A program made the translations under genes and the position numbers. Shown here piece after piece: positions 27,212-35,518 of a stretch of 52,850 nt of DNA; position 1 is the first letter of the stretch, and each line of letters starts with the position of its first letter. Below the pieces are notes generated by a model. It had not been told where the DNA came from and made no database searches. It saw nothing but the letters and a program-made list of their open reading frames with translations. Location: the IMG/VR virus record IMGVR_UViG_3300037440_000319, positions 1-52,850 of that record; one strand, written 5' to 3'. This DNA comes from a virus. Its lineage: Duplodnaviria; Caudoviricetes.

Positions 27212-27850
27212 ATGAGGAAGATCGCACTCGCTGCTGCGCTCGCTGTGCTGGGTGTCCTGCTCGTCGCTCCGCCTGCCAGCGCGGAGTATGAGGGGGCACG
27301 CTGGTACGACAGTACCAAGACGATCTGCGTCGACACCACCAAGGTCGACAGCAGCGCCGCCCGCGCAGCGATGCACGAGGCGATCCGCGACATGCGGGAG
27401 CGCACTAAGCTCAAGCTGACCATCTCGGCCAGCAGCACCTGCAAGTCACGCGGCTACGGATACCGGGTCGAGGTGTACGACTACTACCTCGGCGGTCCGT
27501 CGAGCTGCTTCTACGGCTGCACGGACTTCCCTGGCGACTTTACCTGGAAGTCGTCGCTCAAGGGGCCGTGGGGCACTGGCACGTGGGTGTTCAAGAGCCC
27601 GGTGCGGATCAAGCTGAACCTGTCCAAGCTGAACGACCTATCTGCGGGCCGGAAGTCCAGCGTGGCCTCGCACGAGCTGGGCCACGCGGTGGGCTTGGAT
27701 CACAACTCGCGGTGCGCGTCGGTGATGCAGGCGTCGATGAGCGGGGCTGTCAATAGGGGCTGTACGATCTACCGCAACCTGACCTGGCGCGACCGCGTCG
27801 GCTACTGGTCGTCTGACCCCGGCATCAACCTGATCTATAGGTACGGGTGA
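27212..27850 (+). CDS. Secreted matrixin-like zinc metalloprotease
   Basis: Signal peptide ending ASA; HELGHAVGLDH; SVM Met-turn. Confidence 0.85.
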   Translation: MRKIALAAALAVLGVLLVAPPASAEYEGARWYDSTKTICVDTTKVDSSAARAAMHEAIRDMRERTKLKLTISASSTCKSRGYGYRVEVYDYYLGGPSSCFYGCTDFPGDFTWKSSLKGPWGTGTWVFKSPVRIKLNLSKLNDLSAGRKSSVASHELGHAVGLDHNSRCASVMQASMSGAVNRGCTIYRNLTWRDRVGYWSSDPGINLIYRYG

Positions 27851-27863
27851 CCGCGGCACGGCC

Positions 27864-28646
27864 TTATTCATCGGCTTTACACATGCTCGCGGGCATCCCG
27901 CCGATCACCTGCTCGATGTCCCCGTTCGCATCAGGCTTGTCGTAGGTGATGATCATGCGGCAGTCGCCGCCGTTGACGAACACGATGGAGACGATGCCGC
28001 GACCATTTGCGCCAGCGGGTCCGGGAACAGTCGAATCCTCACCGTCGTCGCCCCGGCACGCGTCGTCGGCGCAGAACCGCTGGAATGCAGCGTCGACCTC
28101 GGCTTGAGTCAGCGCGGGGGCATCGTCGCCGCGACAATCGTCGCGGGTGGCGCAGAAGGTCGCTAACGCGGAGTCGAGCTGTGAGGCGACTGCCGCGAAT
28201 ACCTGCTCAGTCGTCGGCGGCGGGGCATCTCTGCCTGGATCCGGTGGGTTTCGGGTCAGGTGCGCGGCGACTGCTGCGATCAGCTCGGAGCGGATGAGAC
28301 CGGGCCGCTCGGTCAGGACGGTCTCGACTGCGGCCTCGATCTCTTCGGCTGTCGGCGGCGGCCCTGGGATCGGTGCTGTCGGCTCTGACTCGACCCGCTC
28401 TGCCGTCCTGCACAGGTCGCCGAGTTCGCGGGCGATGACGCTGCGCCGCTCACACTCGACGCGGACCTGCGCGGCGAGCGCGGCGGCGTTGTCCTCAGCG
28501 AGCCGCAGCTCCTCCTCGGCGACCTGGCGGGACTCGCGCTCGGAGAACCTGTCGACGGTTGTCCACCCGACCAGGAGCACTACTACTACGAGAAGGACAA
28601 TGGTGATGATCTGGCCGCGGGGCAGCCACCGCTCCCGGATATTCAT
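27864..28646 (-). CDS. Membrane-anchored Pro-rich protein of the lysis cassette
   Basis: N-terminal TM, coiled coil, PGPPPT, repeated FC...C.GDD, short GXY stretch. Confidence 0.7.
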   Translation of the reverse strand: MNIRERWLPRGQIITIVLLVVVVLLVGWTTVDRFSERESRQVAEEELRLAEDNAAALAAQVRVECERRSVIARELGDLCRTAERVESEPTAPIPGPPPTAEEIEAAVETVLTERPGLIRSELIAAVAAHLTRNPPDPGRDAPPPTTEQVFAAVASQLDSALATFCATRDDCRGDDAPALTQAEVDAAFQRFCADDACRGDDGEDSTVPGPAGANGRGIVSIVFVNGGDCRMIITYDKPDANGDIEQVIGGMPASMCKADE

Positions 28647-28993
28647 CAGCGTCCCTCTTCCCGACTACTCTGCTCCATCATGCGCCGATACTTAGCCGCA
28701 GAGTCCTCAGCCTTCCACCGGGCGCGCCGCTCCCCCTCGACCGTCTCCTGATACTCGACGACCTCGGCGCGTGAGACACCGAGCTGCAGGCGAAGATCCG
28801 TGATCTGCCGATCGTGCCGGGTAATCAGCTTCTCGATCTCCTCTGAGTGCTGCCTGCGGAGAGCGATCAACTGGCGCTGATAGTCGCCGCGGTCACCGGA
28901 CTGCTGACGCATGAGATGAATGATCAGAAAGATCAGGGCAACGAGGACGCCACCGGGCGGAACCAGGACGGGCCACTCTGTTCCAAGGTCCAC
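28646..28993 (-). CDS. Membrane protein with coiled coil (lysis cassette, holin-like)
   Basis: Single TM plus coiled coil, downstream of the endolysin. Confidence 0.65.
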   Translation of the reverse strand: MDLGTEWPVLVPPGGVLVALIFLIIHLMRQQSGDRGDYQRQLIALRRQHSEEIEKLITRHDRQITDLRLQLGVSRAEVVEYQETVEGERRARWKAEDSAAKYRRMMEQSSREEGR

Positions 28994-29019
28994 ACGGCAA
29001 CCCTCGTCGTCTCATCTCG

Positions 29020-29373
29020 CTACTGGAGTACGTTCCAGGTCTGGCTGCCGACGACCCCGTCGACGTCGATCTTCGCCTTGATCTGCACGTACCGCACCCG
29101 GTCTGTCGTGCGCGGCCCGAAGTACCCGTCGAGCGCGAGCCGGGACAGGCGCGGGTTGAAGGCGTTGAGCGCGTCCTGCAGCTCCTGCACGTCGTCGCCC
29201 GCGGACCACCGGCCTACGGTGCGGGAGCCAGCCTCGACGCCCTTCTGATACGGCTCGTACTCCGTCAGCGGCTCGTAGGGGGCAGGGGTCTCGGCGTCGT
29301 CGTCGGCCTGCTCGGCTGGGGGGAGCTCCGGCTGGTCGTCGGTGCTCTGCTGTGCTTCCTCTGCGTTCTCCAT
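29020..29373 (-). CDS. Stand-alone peptidoglycan-binding domain protein
   Basis: GDDVQELQDALN...LDGYFGPRT...Q....DVDGVVGSQTW (PG_binding_1). Confidence 0.85.
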   Translation of the reverse strand: MENAEEAQQSTDDQPELPPAEQADDDAETPAPYEPLTEYEPYQKGVEAGSRTVGRWSAGDDVQELQDALNAFNPRLSRLALDGYFGPRTTDRVRYVQIKAKIDVDGVVGSQTWNVLQ

Positions 29374-29426
29374 GACTCCGAAGCGTAGGCCAGTAGCCCG
29401 GCCCTGCTTGTTCGCCGCGACGGCGC

Positions 29427-30659
29427 TTATGCGGGCTCGCTCGGGAACAGCGCGCCGAATCGCGCCAGTACCCGAGCCGCTATCTCATCCTCATCGACTC
29501 CTGAGACGTCGCGCAGCTCCTCGCGAACCGCCGCGACCACAACGTCGTCCACGAGATCCAGCCTGTCGGCCAGCGCAGCGCGCTCCAGCGTGGCGCTAGT
29601 GGCTACCTGGTCGATCCGCTGCAGCACCTGATCCAGCTCGACCCCGGCAGCCAGGGCCAACGCAGCGTCGATCTTCGCTTCGAGCTGGTCCAGACGGCGC
29701 GGAACGGTGTACCTGGCTGCCTCGGTGGTGGAGGTCACGTGGCTCGCTAGAGACCAGAACGGGTTCTCCGCCGCGGTGGCCGCGGACGGCGGTGCCTTGA
29801 CGATGCCGTCGGTGTTCAGGACCGCGTTCTGCACGTGGTTGTCGACGCCGAGGAGGATGGTGCGGATGTACTTGCGTGCCGCCATTCCCGTCTTGGTGCG
29901 CTGATCGACGGGAAGTGTTGAGGCTTCGTACGCCTCGTTAAGGATCTCCATCACGCCTTGGCGAACATCTGCAACGCTCACGTCGTCCTCCGTCGCTCCG
30001 AGATAGTACGGGGTCAACTCGTTGATCCCCTTGGTTGCCGCTGTGCCGACCGGGTGACCGTAGCCGAGCCGGTCGATCTTCCGGCCGATTTGCTTGAGAT
30101 CCGCCCACGTCGAGTGCTCTCCGTGCGAGGTCCGCGGGCGGCTCAGGAACCGGAGAGTACCAGCGTGGCAGCGGCCCATGAACTCGCGATAGGTCATCCG
30201 CTTGCCGGTGGCTCTGTTGGTGTAGGTCGCGTCCCACACCGCAGTCGAGAAGCCGCCCTCGTGCTCCCAGCCGAGCAGATACGGTCGGCCACCGTCGCGA
30301 GGGATGCGGAACCCGTCGATAGTCCACGGTCCACCCTCGCCGGGGTGGTTCGCCCAGTCCAGGCAGATGATGCGGGCGATCAGGTCCATGCCGCCGTAGC
30401 AGTTGGACAGCGGCGCCGGAATGCCGGGGCGGCCGTTCTTGACCACGCTTAGGCCGGGCGTCGGGTTTGACGCCGAAGGGTTGCTCGCAATGTGGTGGCC
30501 GAGATTCGCGACGAACGAGGTGCCGCCGTGCGAGCCGGTGGACACCCAGCGTCCGGAGCGCCCGATCATCATCTCGATCGAGACCTGGGGTACGCCACAG
30601 TCGAGCAGGTCGGCCTTGAAGTCGTTGGCGACTGCGAGGGCGGATGCCGGGGGCGGCAT
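29427..30659 (-). CDS. Endolysin, N-acetylmuramoyl-L-alanine amidase (Amidase_2-like)
   Basis: GHHIAS, GRPGIPAPL, ANHPG.G, GWEHE, HSTW...RKID. Confidence 0.85.
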   Translation of the reverse strand: MPPPASALAVANDFKADLLDCGVPQVSIEMMIGRSGRWVSTGSHGGTSFVANLGHHIASNPSASNPTPGLSVVKNGRPGIPAPLSNCYGGMDLIARIICLDWANHPGEGGPWTIDGFRIPRDGGRPYLLGWEHEGGFSTAVWDATYTNRATGKRMTYREFMGRCHAGTLRFLSRPRTSHGEHSTWADLKQIGRKIDRLGYGHPVGTAATKGINELTPYYLGATEDDVSVADVRQGVMEILNEAYEASTLPVDQRTKTGMAARKYIRTILLGVDNHVQNAVLNTDGIVKAPPSAATAAENPFWSLASHVTSTTEAARYTVPRRLDQLEAKIDAALALAAGVELDQVLQRIDQVATSATLERAALADRLDLVDDVVVAAVREELRDVSGVDEDEIAARVLARFGALFPSEPA

Positions 30660-30835
30660 CAGTCGAGCCCGTTGTCGGTGTCGTCGTCCGGGTCGATCGC
30701 CTCGCCGAGCAGCCGCCCTCTCTCAGTCTCCTCCTCGGTTAGTGCACCCTCCGGGTCGAGCCAGACGCCGGACTTGGGTGGCTCGTCTACCTGGGGTAGC
30801 TCGACGGGCTCCGCTATGTCCTTCGCTTCGTCCAT
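30659..30835 (-). CDS. 58-aa acidic protein leading the lysis operon (absent from the ORF track)
   Basis: MDEAKDIAEPVELPQVDEPPKSGVWLDPEG...DDDTDNGLD; RBS ggag; TGATG coupling to the endolysin. Confidence 0.6.
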   Translation of the reverse strand: MDEAKDIAEPVELPQVDEPPKSGVWLDPEGALTEEETERGRLLGEAIDPDDDTDNGLD

Positions 30836-30921
30836 CTGGATGATCTCCGTTTTCCTGAGACTTACGGGCGTGCCTAGCGTATGCGGATCTGGTGAGAGTG
30901 GAAGTGCACGCGCTGAGGGTG

Positions 30922-30965
30922 TTTACAGCCCTACACCCAGGTGCTACTTTGGAGTTATCAGGAAA
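30922..30965 (+). promoter_or_regulatory. Sigma70-type promoter TTTACA-17-TACTTT plus GGAGTTATCAGGAAA
   Basis: Exact 17-bp spacer; motif repeated elsewhere in the window. Confidence 0.82.
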
Positions 30966-30982
30966 GAACGAAGGGAGCCACG

Positions 30983-31252
30983 ATGATCCTCAACCCAGCA
31001 CCCGTCAGCACCAGGCAGTTCACCTATGACGCGCCGACGAAGAACTTCGCCGCCGAGCTGAGCGACATGAACGGCCTGGGCCGTGTCTACGACGACGCAT
31101 GCGACGTCGGCTTCACCATGGTGAGCGCCCGCACCGGACGCCAGGTCGTGTTCGTCCTGGCTGACGAGAAGCGCGACACCGAGGGCGACACACTCCTTTG
31201 GGAGTACAGGTCCATCGACGGCGAGTTCACCGCCACCGTCTTCAACGACTGA
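30983..31252 (+). CDS. Hypothetical early protein
   Basis: RBS agggag; YDDACDVGF...S.RTG motif. Confidence 0.72.
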   Translation: MILNPAPVSTRQFTYDAPTKNFAAELSDMNGLGRVYDDACDVGFTMVSARTGRQVVFVLADEKRDTEGDTLLWEYRSIDGEFTATVFND

Positions 31253-31271
31253 TCACGAAGGGAAGCCGATC

Positions 31272-31520
31272 ATGTTCTACCACCTCACCGCAGGCCGCGA
31301 GACCCGCCACCCGCACACCAGCGTCCAGGAGGCAGTCGACTGCCAGACCCAGTTCGAGATCGACGAGGCCGACGCCCAGTGGGCAGCCTCCGAGCTTTAC
31401 GCCGAGAACGCAGTCGTCCGGGCAGCCGAGGCAGGTACTCCCGAGACCTGGCGCGAGGAGGACCTTGACCGCATGGTCGACGCTCTCGGATACGGCCCGC
31501 CCCCCGGCTTCCAGCTCTGA
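31272..31520 (+). CDS. Hypothetical protein
   Basis: RBS gaagggaag; ends before a hairpin. Confidence 0.65.
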   Translation: MFYHLTAGRETRHPHTSVQEAVDCQTQFEIDEADAQWAASELYAENAVVRAAEAGTPETWREEDLDRMVDALGYGPPPGFQL

Positions 31521-31533
31521 GAGAATCCCCCCA

Positions 31534-31558
31534 GCGGCCCGCCCACGTGGCGGGCCGC
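31534..31558 (+). terminator. GC-rich hairpin ending the two-gene unit
   Basis: GCGGCCCGCC-cacgt-GGCGGGCCGC, 10-bp perfect stem, no U tract. Confidence 0.65.
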
Positions 31559-31627
31559 AGTCGCGTCTGCAAGTGGGTCACGTGTCGGCACACCAACGGT
31601 GCACACGATCCTGCTAGAGTCTCCCGG

Positions 31628-31864
31628 ATGAAGCGGAAGCGCATCGAGCGAAAGCGCATCCACATCATGCTGCCTGTGAAGATGGTCAACGACCTGGAGC
31701 AGTTCGCCCGCTCACGCGGGATCTCGCGGTCAGCCGCGATAGCGTCGCTGCTTCCACCCCACATCGGAATGGAGAACCCTGATGGGCAGGTACGCGAAGG
31801 CACCGGAGGTGCAGGAGATCGCCGAGAGGCTGATCGAGGAGCACCACTCGCAGTTGAGCGGTGA
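31628..31864 (+). CDS. Ribbon-helix-helix DNA-binding protein (probably leaderless)
   Basis: RIHIMLPVKMVNDLEQFARSRGISRSAAI; TAGAGT 7 nt before ATG. Confidence 0.68.
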   Translation: MKRKRIERKRIHIMLPVKMVNDLEQFARSRGISRSAAIASLLPPHIGMENPDGQVREGTGGAGDRREADRGAPLAVER

Positions 31865-32309
31865 GACGCTCCGCTGCATCTTCCGCGACAAGCACACTCT
31901 CAGCAAGGGCAAGCCGGTCCTGGTCGCGGCCCGCAAGGTGGGCGGGCTGGCCGGGTGGCTGCACCTCGGCTACTTCGCCGACAAGGACCCGGATCGGTTC
32001 ACGGACCTGTTCGTCCTGGAGGTCCCGAAGGACGTGTGGGACCGGCTCGACGAGAGGCAGCGCATCGCCCTGGTGGATCACGGGCTGTGCCAGCTCGACG
32101 TGGAGATCCCCGACCAGGGCGACAAGGACCGGCGACTCCTGGTGCGCGCACCGGACATCGCCGAGTTCAACGCCGTCGTGGAGCGGCACGGCCTGTGGCG
32201 CCCGGCGCTGGAGGACTTCATCAAGGCCGGGAACCAGCTCACCATCGACGACCAGCCGCACTACACCGAGCCGGTCGAGGATCGCGGCGCGGAGCCGGTC
32301 GAGGACTGA
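31782..32309 (+). CDS. Phage metallopeptidase-like protein with degenerate HExxH
   Basis: W..L...QRIALVDHGLCQ...PDIAEFNAVVERHGLW. Confidence 0.7.
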   Translation: MGRYAKAPEVQEIAERLIEEHHSQLSGETLRCIFRDKHTLSKGKPVLVAARKVGGLAGWLHLGYFADKDPDRFTDLFVLEVPKDVWDRLDERQRIALVDHGLCQLDVEIPDQGDKDRRLLVRAPDIAEFNAVVERHGLWRPALEDFIKAGNQLTIDDQPHYTEPVEDRGAEPVED

Positions 32310-32695
32310 TGACGGTTCAGGCTGAGGCACACGTCTGCGACACGCCGTTCTGGCGGACTCCGGACAGCCGGTGGACGTGCCCGGACTGCGCCCAGGTGTG
32401 GGTGTGGCAGTCGATAGTCAGGACTGTTCCAGGTGTGCCCGCCTCGGTATGTACCGTCCGAGAGAACTACTGGGCCAAGGAGGCAGCGATGGGTGAGCCC
32501 CGCAACGAGATACCCGGCTGGGAGGGCTCAGTCGGGCCTGGGCCGAGCCAGTACGGCAAGCCACACGTGTACGCCCGCAGCGTCCACTCTGGCGCTGGTA
32601 ACTGCGTGTGCGGTGCCGCGCCGCGAGACAAGCGGCTGCACGTCCAGCTCGCGCCGGGAGTGCCGAACCCCGACTACGAGGGTGAGACTCCCTGA
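32309..32695 (+). CDS. Hypothetical Cys-rich protein (possible internal start at 32489)
   Basis: HVC...WTCPDCAQVW; second half GNCVCG; internal RBS aggagg. Confidence 0.55.
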   Translation: MTVQAEAHVCDTPFWRTPDSRWTCPDCAQVWVWQSIVRTVPGVPASVCTVRENYWAKEAAMGEPRNEIPGWEGSVGPGPSQYGKPHVYARSVHSGAGNCVCGAAPRDKRLHVQLAPGVPNPDYEGETP

Positions 32696-33057
32696 TGCCG
32701 ATCCGCCCCGAGAATAGGCACCGCTATCCGCCCGACTGGAAGCAGATCAGCGAGCGGATCCGGTTCGAGCGGGCGGAGGGGCGCTGCGAGTGCCGAGGTG
32801 AGTGCAGGCGGCACATCACTCACCTCGGCACGGACGGGCGCTGTATTTCTATACACGGCCAGCCCGCGCCGATCACCGGGGTGAAGGTGATCCTCACCAC
32901 CGCGCACCTGGACCACCGGCCGGAGAACTGCGACGACAACAACCTGCTCGCCATGTGCCAGGCATGCCACCTGCACTACGACCGGGACCACCACGCCGAG
33001 ACCCGCCGCCAGACCGAGGCGAAGGTGAGGGCAGAGCAGATGGAGTCGCTGTGGTGA
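32695..33057 (+). CDS. HNH endonuclease
   Basis: MPIRPENR.RYP.DW, CEC, LTTAHLDH.PENC...NL.AMCQ.CH..YD. Confidence 0.82.
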   Translation: MPIRPENRHRYPPDWKQISERIRFERAEGRCECRGECRRHITHLGTDGRCISIHGQPAPITGVKVILTTAHLDHRPENCDDNNLLAMCQACHLHYDRDHHAETRRQTEAKVRAEQMESLW

Positions 33058-33377
33058 GCGGGCGCATTGAGGTCCCGGAGGGCACCCCGGCAGATCACCG
33101 CTGTAAGCCTCCTGGCCCCGCCTTTCCGTCGCGCTGGGCAGAGCACCCAGTGGGGTCACGCTGGTTCTGCGACTGCGGCCAGGTGTGGATCGTCCGGCAC
33201 GTGCCTACGACAGTGCACGGGACGCAGGCTGTGGTCTCGCACCTGGAGTGGTTCCGCGAGTCGTGGCGGGAGCGCCGCCGTCGCCTCCGTGGCCGGGAGC
33301 GCCTGATCACACCGAAGCCAGCTCGCCCCCCGTCAGGGCCGAGTGGAGTCAGCCCATCGAAGGACGGGAGCAGATGA
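33054..33377 (+). CDS. Hypothetical Cys-rich protein
   Basis: HRC...WFCDCGQVW; GTGA coupling. Confidence 0.55.
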   Translation: MSGRIEVPEGTPADHRCKPPGPAFPSRWAEHPVGSRWFCDCGQVWIVRHVPTTVHGTQAVVSHLEWFRESWRERRRRLRGRERLITPKPARPPSGPSGVSPSKDGSR

Positions 33378-34132
33378 CCGAGCGCCGCATCGAGTACCTG
33401 CCGATTGACGAGATCCAGCCCGACCCGCGCAACCCGCGGGCGCACGAGTCGATTGAGGACGTCAAGGCTTCCATCCTGCGGTTCGGGTTCGTTGACCCGA
33501 TCATCCACGACGACCGCACCGGCCAGATGATCGCCGGTCACGGCCGCGTCGAGGCGCTCACAGACCTGCACGCACGCTGGCTCAAGGCCCCCAAGAAGGA
33601 CCGGGAGGTGCCGGGCGGCATCACCGCGGACGGGGACCGCTGGCATGCCCCGGTGATCGTCGGCTGGAGCTCTGCCGACGACGACGAGGCAGCCGGTCTG
33701 CTGATCGCGCTGAACCGCCTCACCGAGACCAGCAAGTGGATACCGGACAAGCAGCTCGCCCTGCTGAACGAGATCGCCAAGTCAGTCGAGGGTCTCGTGG
33801 GAGTGGGCTACACGGACGAGGATCGGGCCGCGCTGCAGCGGCTCGTAGAAGCCTCGGGGGAGGCCCTGGACGCCGCCGCCGAGTGGGCCGCGGCGGGGAT
33901 GCCCGAGTACAGCTCCGAGGATCTCCAGGGCGCGTACCGCACCGTGGTGCACTTCCGCACGATGGAGGACGCCGACAGGTTCTTCGTCGAGGTGATGGGT
34001 GGCCGGGATCGGATCTCGTACGTGTGGTGGCCCGAGCCTGACGGGCACCGCGGAATGAATATCGGCCGCCAGTGGGTGCACGACGAGAACGGGCAGCCCC
34101 GGCAGCAGGAAGAGGAGCAGGTCGGTGGTTAA
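33374..34132 (+). CDS. ParB/Srx-like N-terminal domain protein with C-terminal TAGT-associated domain
   Basis: PRNPRAH, FGFVDPI, IAGHGR.EA, IALNRL; C-terminal EW..GMPEY..E...Y...VHF...ED...F...VWWP. Confidence 0.82.
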   Translation: MTERRIEYLPIDEIQPDPRNPRAHESIEDVKASILRFGFVDPIIHDDRTGQMIAGHGRVEALTDLHARWLKAPKKDREVPGGITADGDRWHAPVIVGWSSADDDEAAGLLIALNRLTETSKWIPDKQLALLNEIAKSVEGLVGVGYTDEDRAALQRLVEASGEALDAAAEWAAAGMPEYSSEDLQGAYRTVVHFRTMEDADRFFVEVMGGRDRISYVWWPEPDGHRGMNIGRQWVHDENGQPRQQEEEQVGG

Positions 34133-35057
34133 TCCGCGGTTCCCGGTCTACATCCCGTCGAAGTCTCGCGCTGAGGTCGCGACGACGCCGAGAGAGCTGG
34201 ACCGGCTCGGCGTGCCGTACACGCTGGTCGTCGAGGAGGAGCAGTTCGACGACTACGCCCGCAGGTGGGGTGAGGACCGCATCTTGGTGCTCGACCCGAA
34301 GTACCAGCGCGACTACGTGACCTGTGAGGATCTGGGGAAGACGACCGGCACCGGGCCTGGCCCGGTGCGGAACTTCTGCTGGGACCACGCTATCTCGCAG
34401 GGCCATGACTGGTTCTGGGCAATTGACGACAACATCATGGTGTTCTACCGCCAGCATCAGAACCACGCATATCCGGTCGGGGACGGGACGATCTTCCACG
34501 CGATGGAGGAGTTCGCGACCCGGTACAAGAACACCGGGATGGTCGGGCCCGAGTACAAGATGTTCGTCCCGGCACGCCAGAAGCTCCCCCCGTTTCGGAT
34601 CAACCGCAAGCTGTGGTCCTGCTACCTGATACGGACCGCTCTGCCGCTCCGGTTCGAGTGCATCTACAACGACGACGTGGACATCATCCTGCGACTCATG
34701 AAGTCGGGCTGGATCACGGTCACGTTCCAGGCGTTCCTGCAAGACAAGATCACCACCCAGCAGCTTCCGGGCGGCTCGACGGAGCACCTGTACGAGAAGG
34801 AGGGGACGCTGGAGAAGTCCCGCGCTATCGTCCGCCGCCACCCCGACGTGGCCCGCGTGACGTGGCGGTTCAAACGGTGGCACCACTACGTCGATTACTC
34901 CGGCTTCCAGAACATGCAGCTGCTCCCTGACCCCGAGTACGTGCCGTCCGGCGTGACGTACAACTTCCGGGAGATTGAGCAGCCTAATCGGATCTATGCG
35001 GGGATTCAGAGATACGGGCAGGACAGGGGCTACGCGCCGCCCGGAGGCCGACAGTGA
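34125..35057 (+). CDS. GREB1-like / TET-associated glycosyltransferase (TAGT)
   Basis: PVYIPSKSR, GPGPVRNFCWDHA, DDNI, SCYLI, YNDDVD, K..TQ..PGG.T, RWHHYVDY. Confidence 0.82.
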   Translation: MVNPRFPVYIPSKSRAEVATTPRELDRLGVPYTLVVEEEQFDDYARRWGEDRILVLDPKYQRDYVTCEDLGKTTGTGPGPVRNFCWDHAISQGHDWFWAIDDNIMVFYRQHQNHAYPVGDGTIFHAMEEFATRYKNTGMVGPEYKMFVPARQKLPPFRINRKLWSCYLIRTALPLRFECIYNDDVDIILRLMKSGWITVTFQAFLQDKITTQQLPGGSTEHLYEKEGTLEKSRAIVRRHPDVARVTWRFKRWHHYVDYSGFQNMQLLPDPEYVPSGVTYNFREIEQPNRIYAGIQRYGQDRGYAPPGGRQ

Positions 35058-35518
35058 AGCCGCTCCTCGTCGGGCTCGCGCCGCGCAGCCATGCCGAGCT
35101 GGGCGCGTTCGGTGCGACCGGCTCATCGAGCCGGAGACTCGCCGGACTCCTCGGGGTGGACGTGGAGCACCTGCTCGACGTGGTAGACGCTGTGAACCTG
35201 TCTCCCGAGCCGCTGCAGTCGGCTTCCGTCGCCCGCTGGTCCATGCTCGCCGAGGATCTCGACCTGGGCGGTCGGGTCGTCGTCGCGTGCGGCCGGATCG
35301 TGTCGACCGCTCTCGGCGGCCCGCAGCAGTGGGGACAGTGGACCCGACTTGCCCCGATCGGTCGCACTCCTGGCCCGATCCTGGCGACGGTGATCCCCCA
35401 CCCGTCCGGGCTGAACCGCCTATGGAACGACCCCGAGGTGGTGTGCCTCGGGGAGAGAATCATGGTGGCCGCAGTGTGCGCGGCTCGCGAGTTCGAGGAG
35501 GAGCTATGCACCACGTAG
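35054..35518 (+). CDS. Uracil-DNA glycosylase superfamily-like protein (short, divergent)
   Basis: LLVGLAP (motif A-like), VNL, VVACGR, IPHPSGLNRLWN (motif B). Confidence 0.72.
   Translation: MKPLLVGLAPRSHAELGAFGATGSSSRRLAGLLGVDVEHLLDVVDAVNLSPEPLQSASVARWSMLAEDLDLGGRVVVACGRIVSTALGGPQQWGQWTRLAPIGRTPGPILATVIPHPSGLNRLWNDPEVVCLGERIMVAAVCAAREFEEELCTT

Noticed and set aside
33374-34132. ParB as a plasmid-prophage partition system
   Set aside because: No ParA or parS-like repeats nearby; context and C-terminus match DNA-modification-associated ParB-like proteins
34975-35505. N-terminal extension of the epimerase in the ORF track
   Set aside because: Overlaps the UDG-like gene; the Rossmann motif and RBS place the start at 35506
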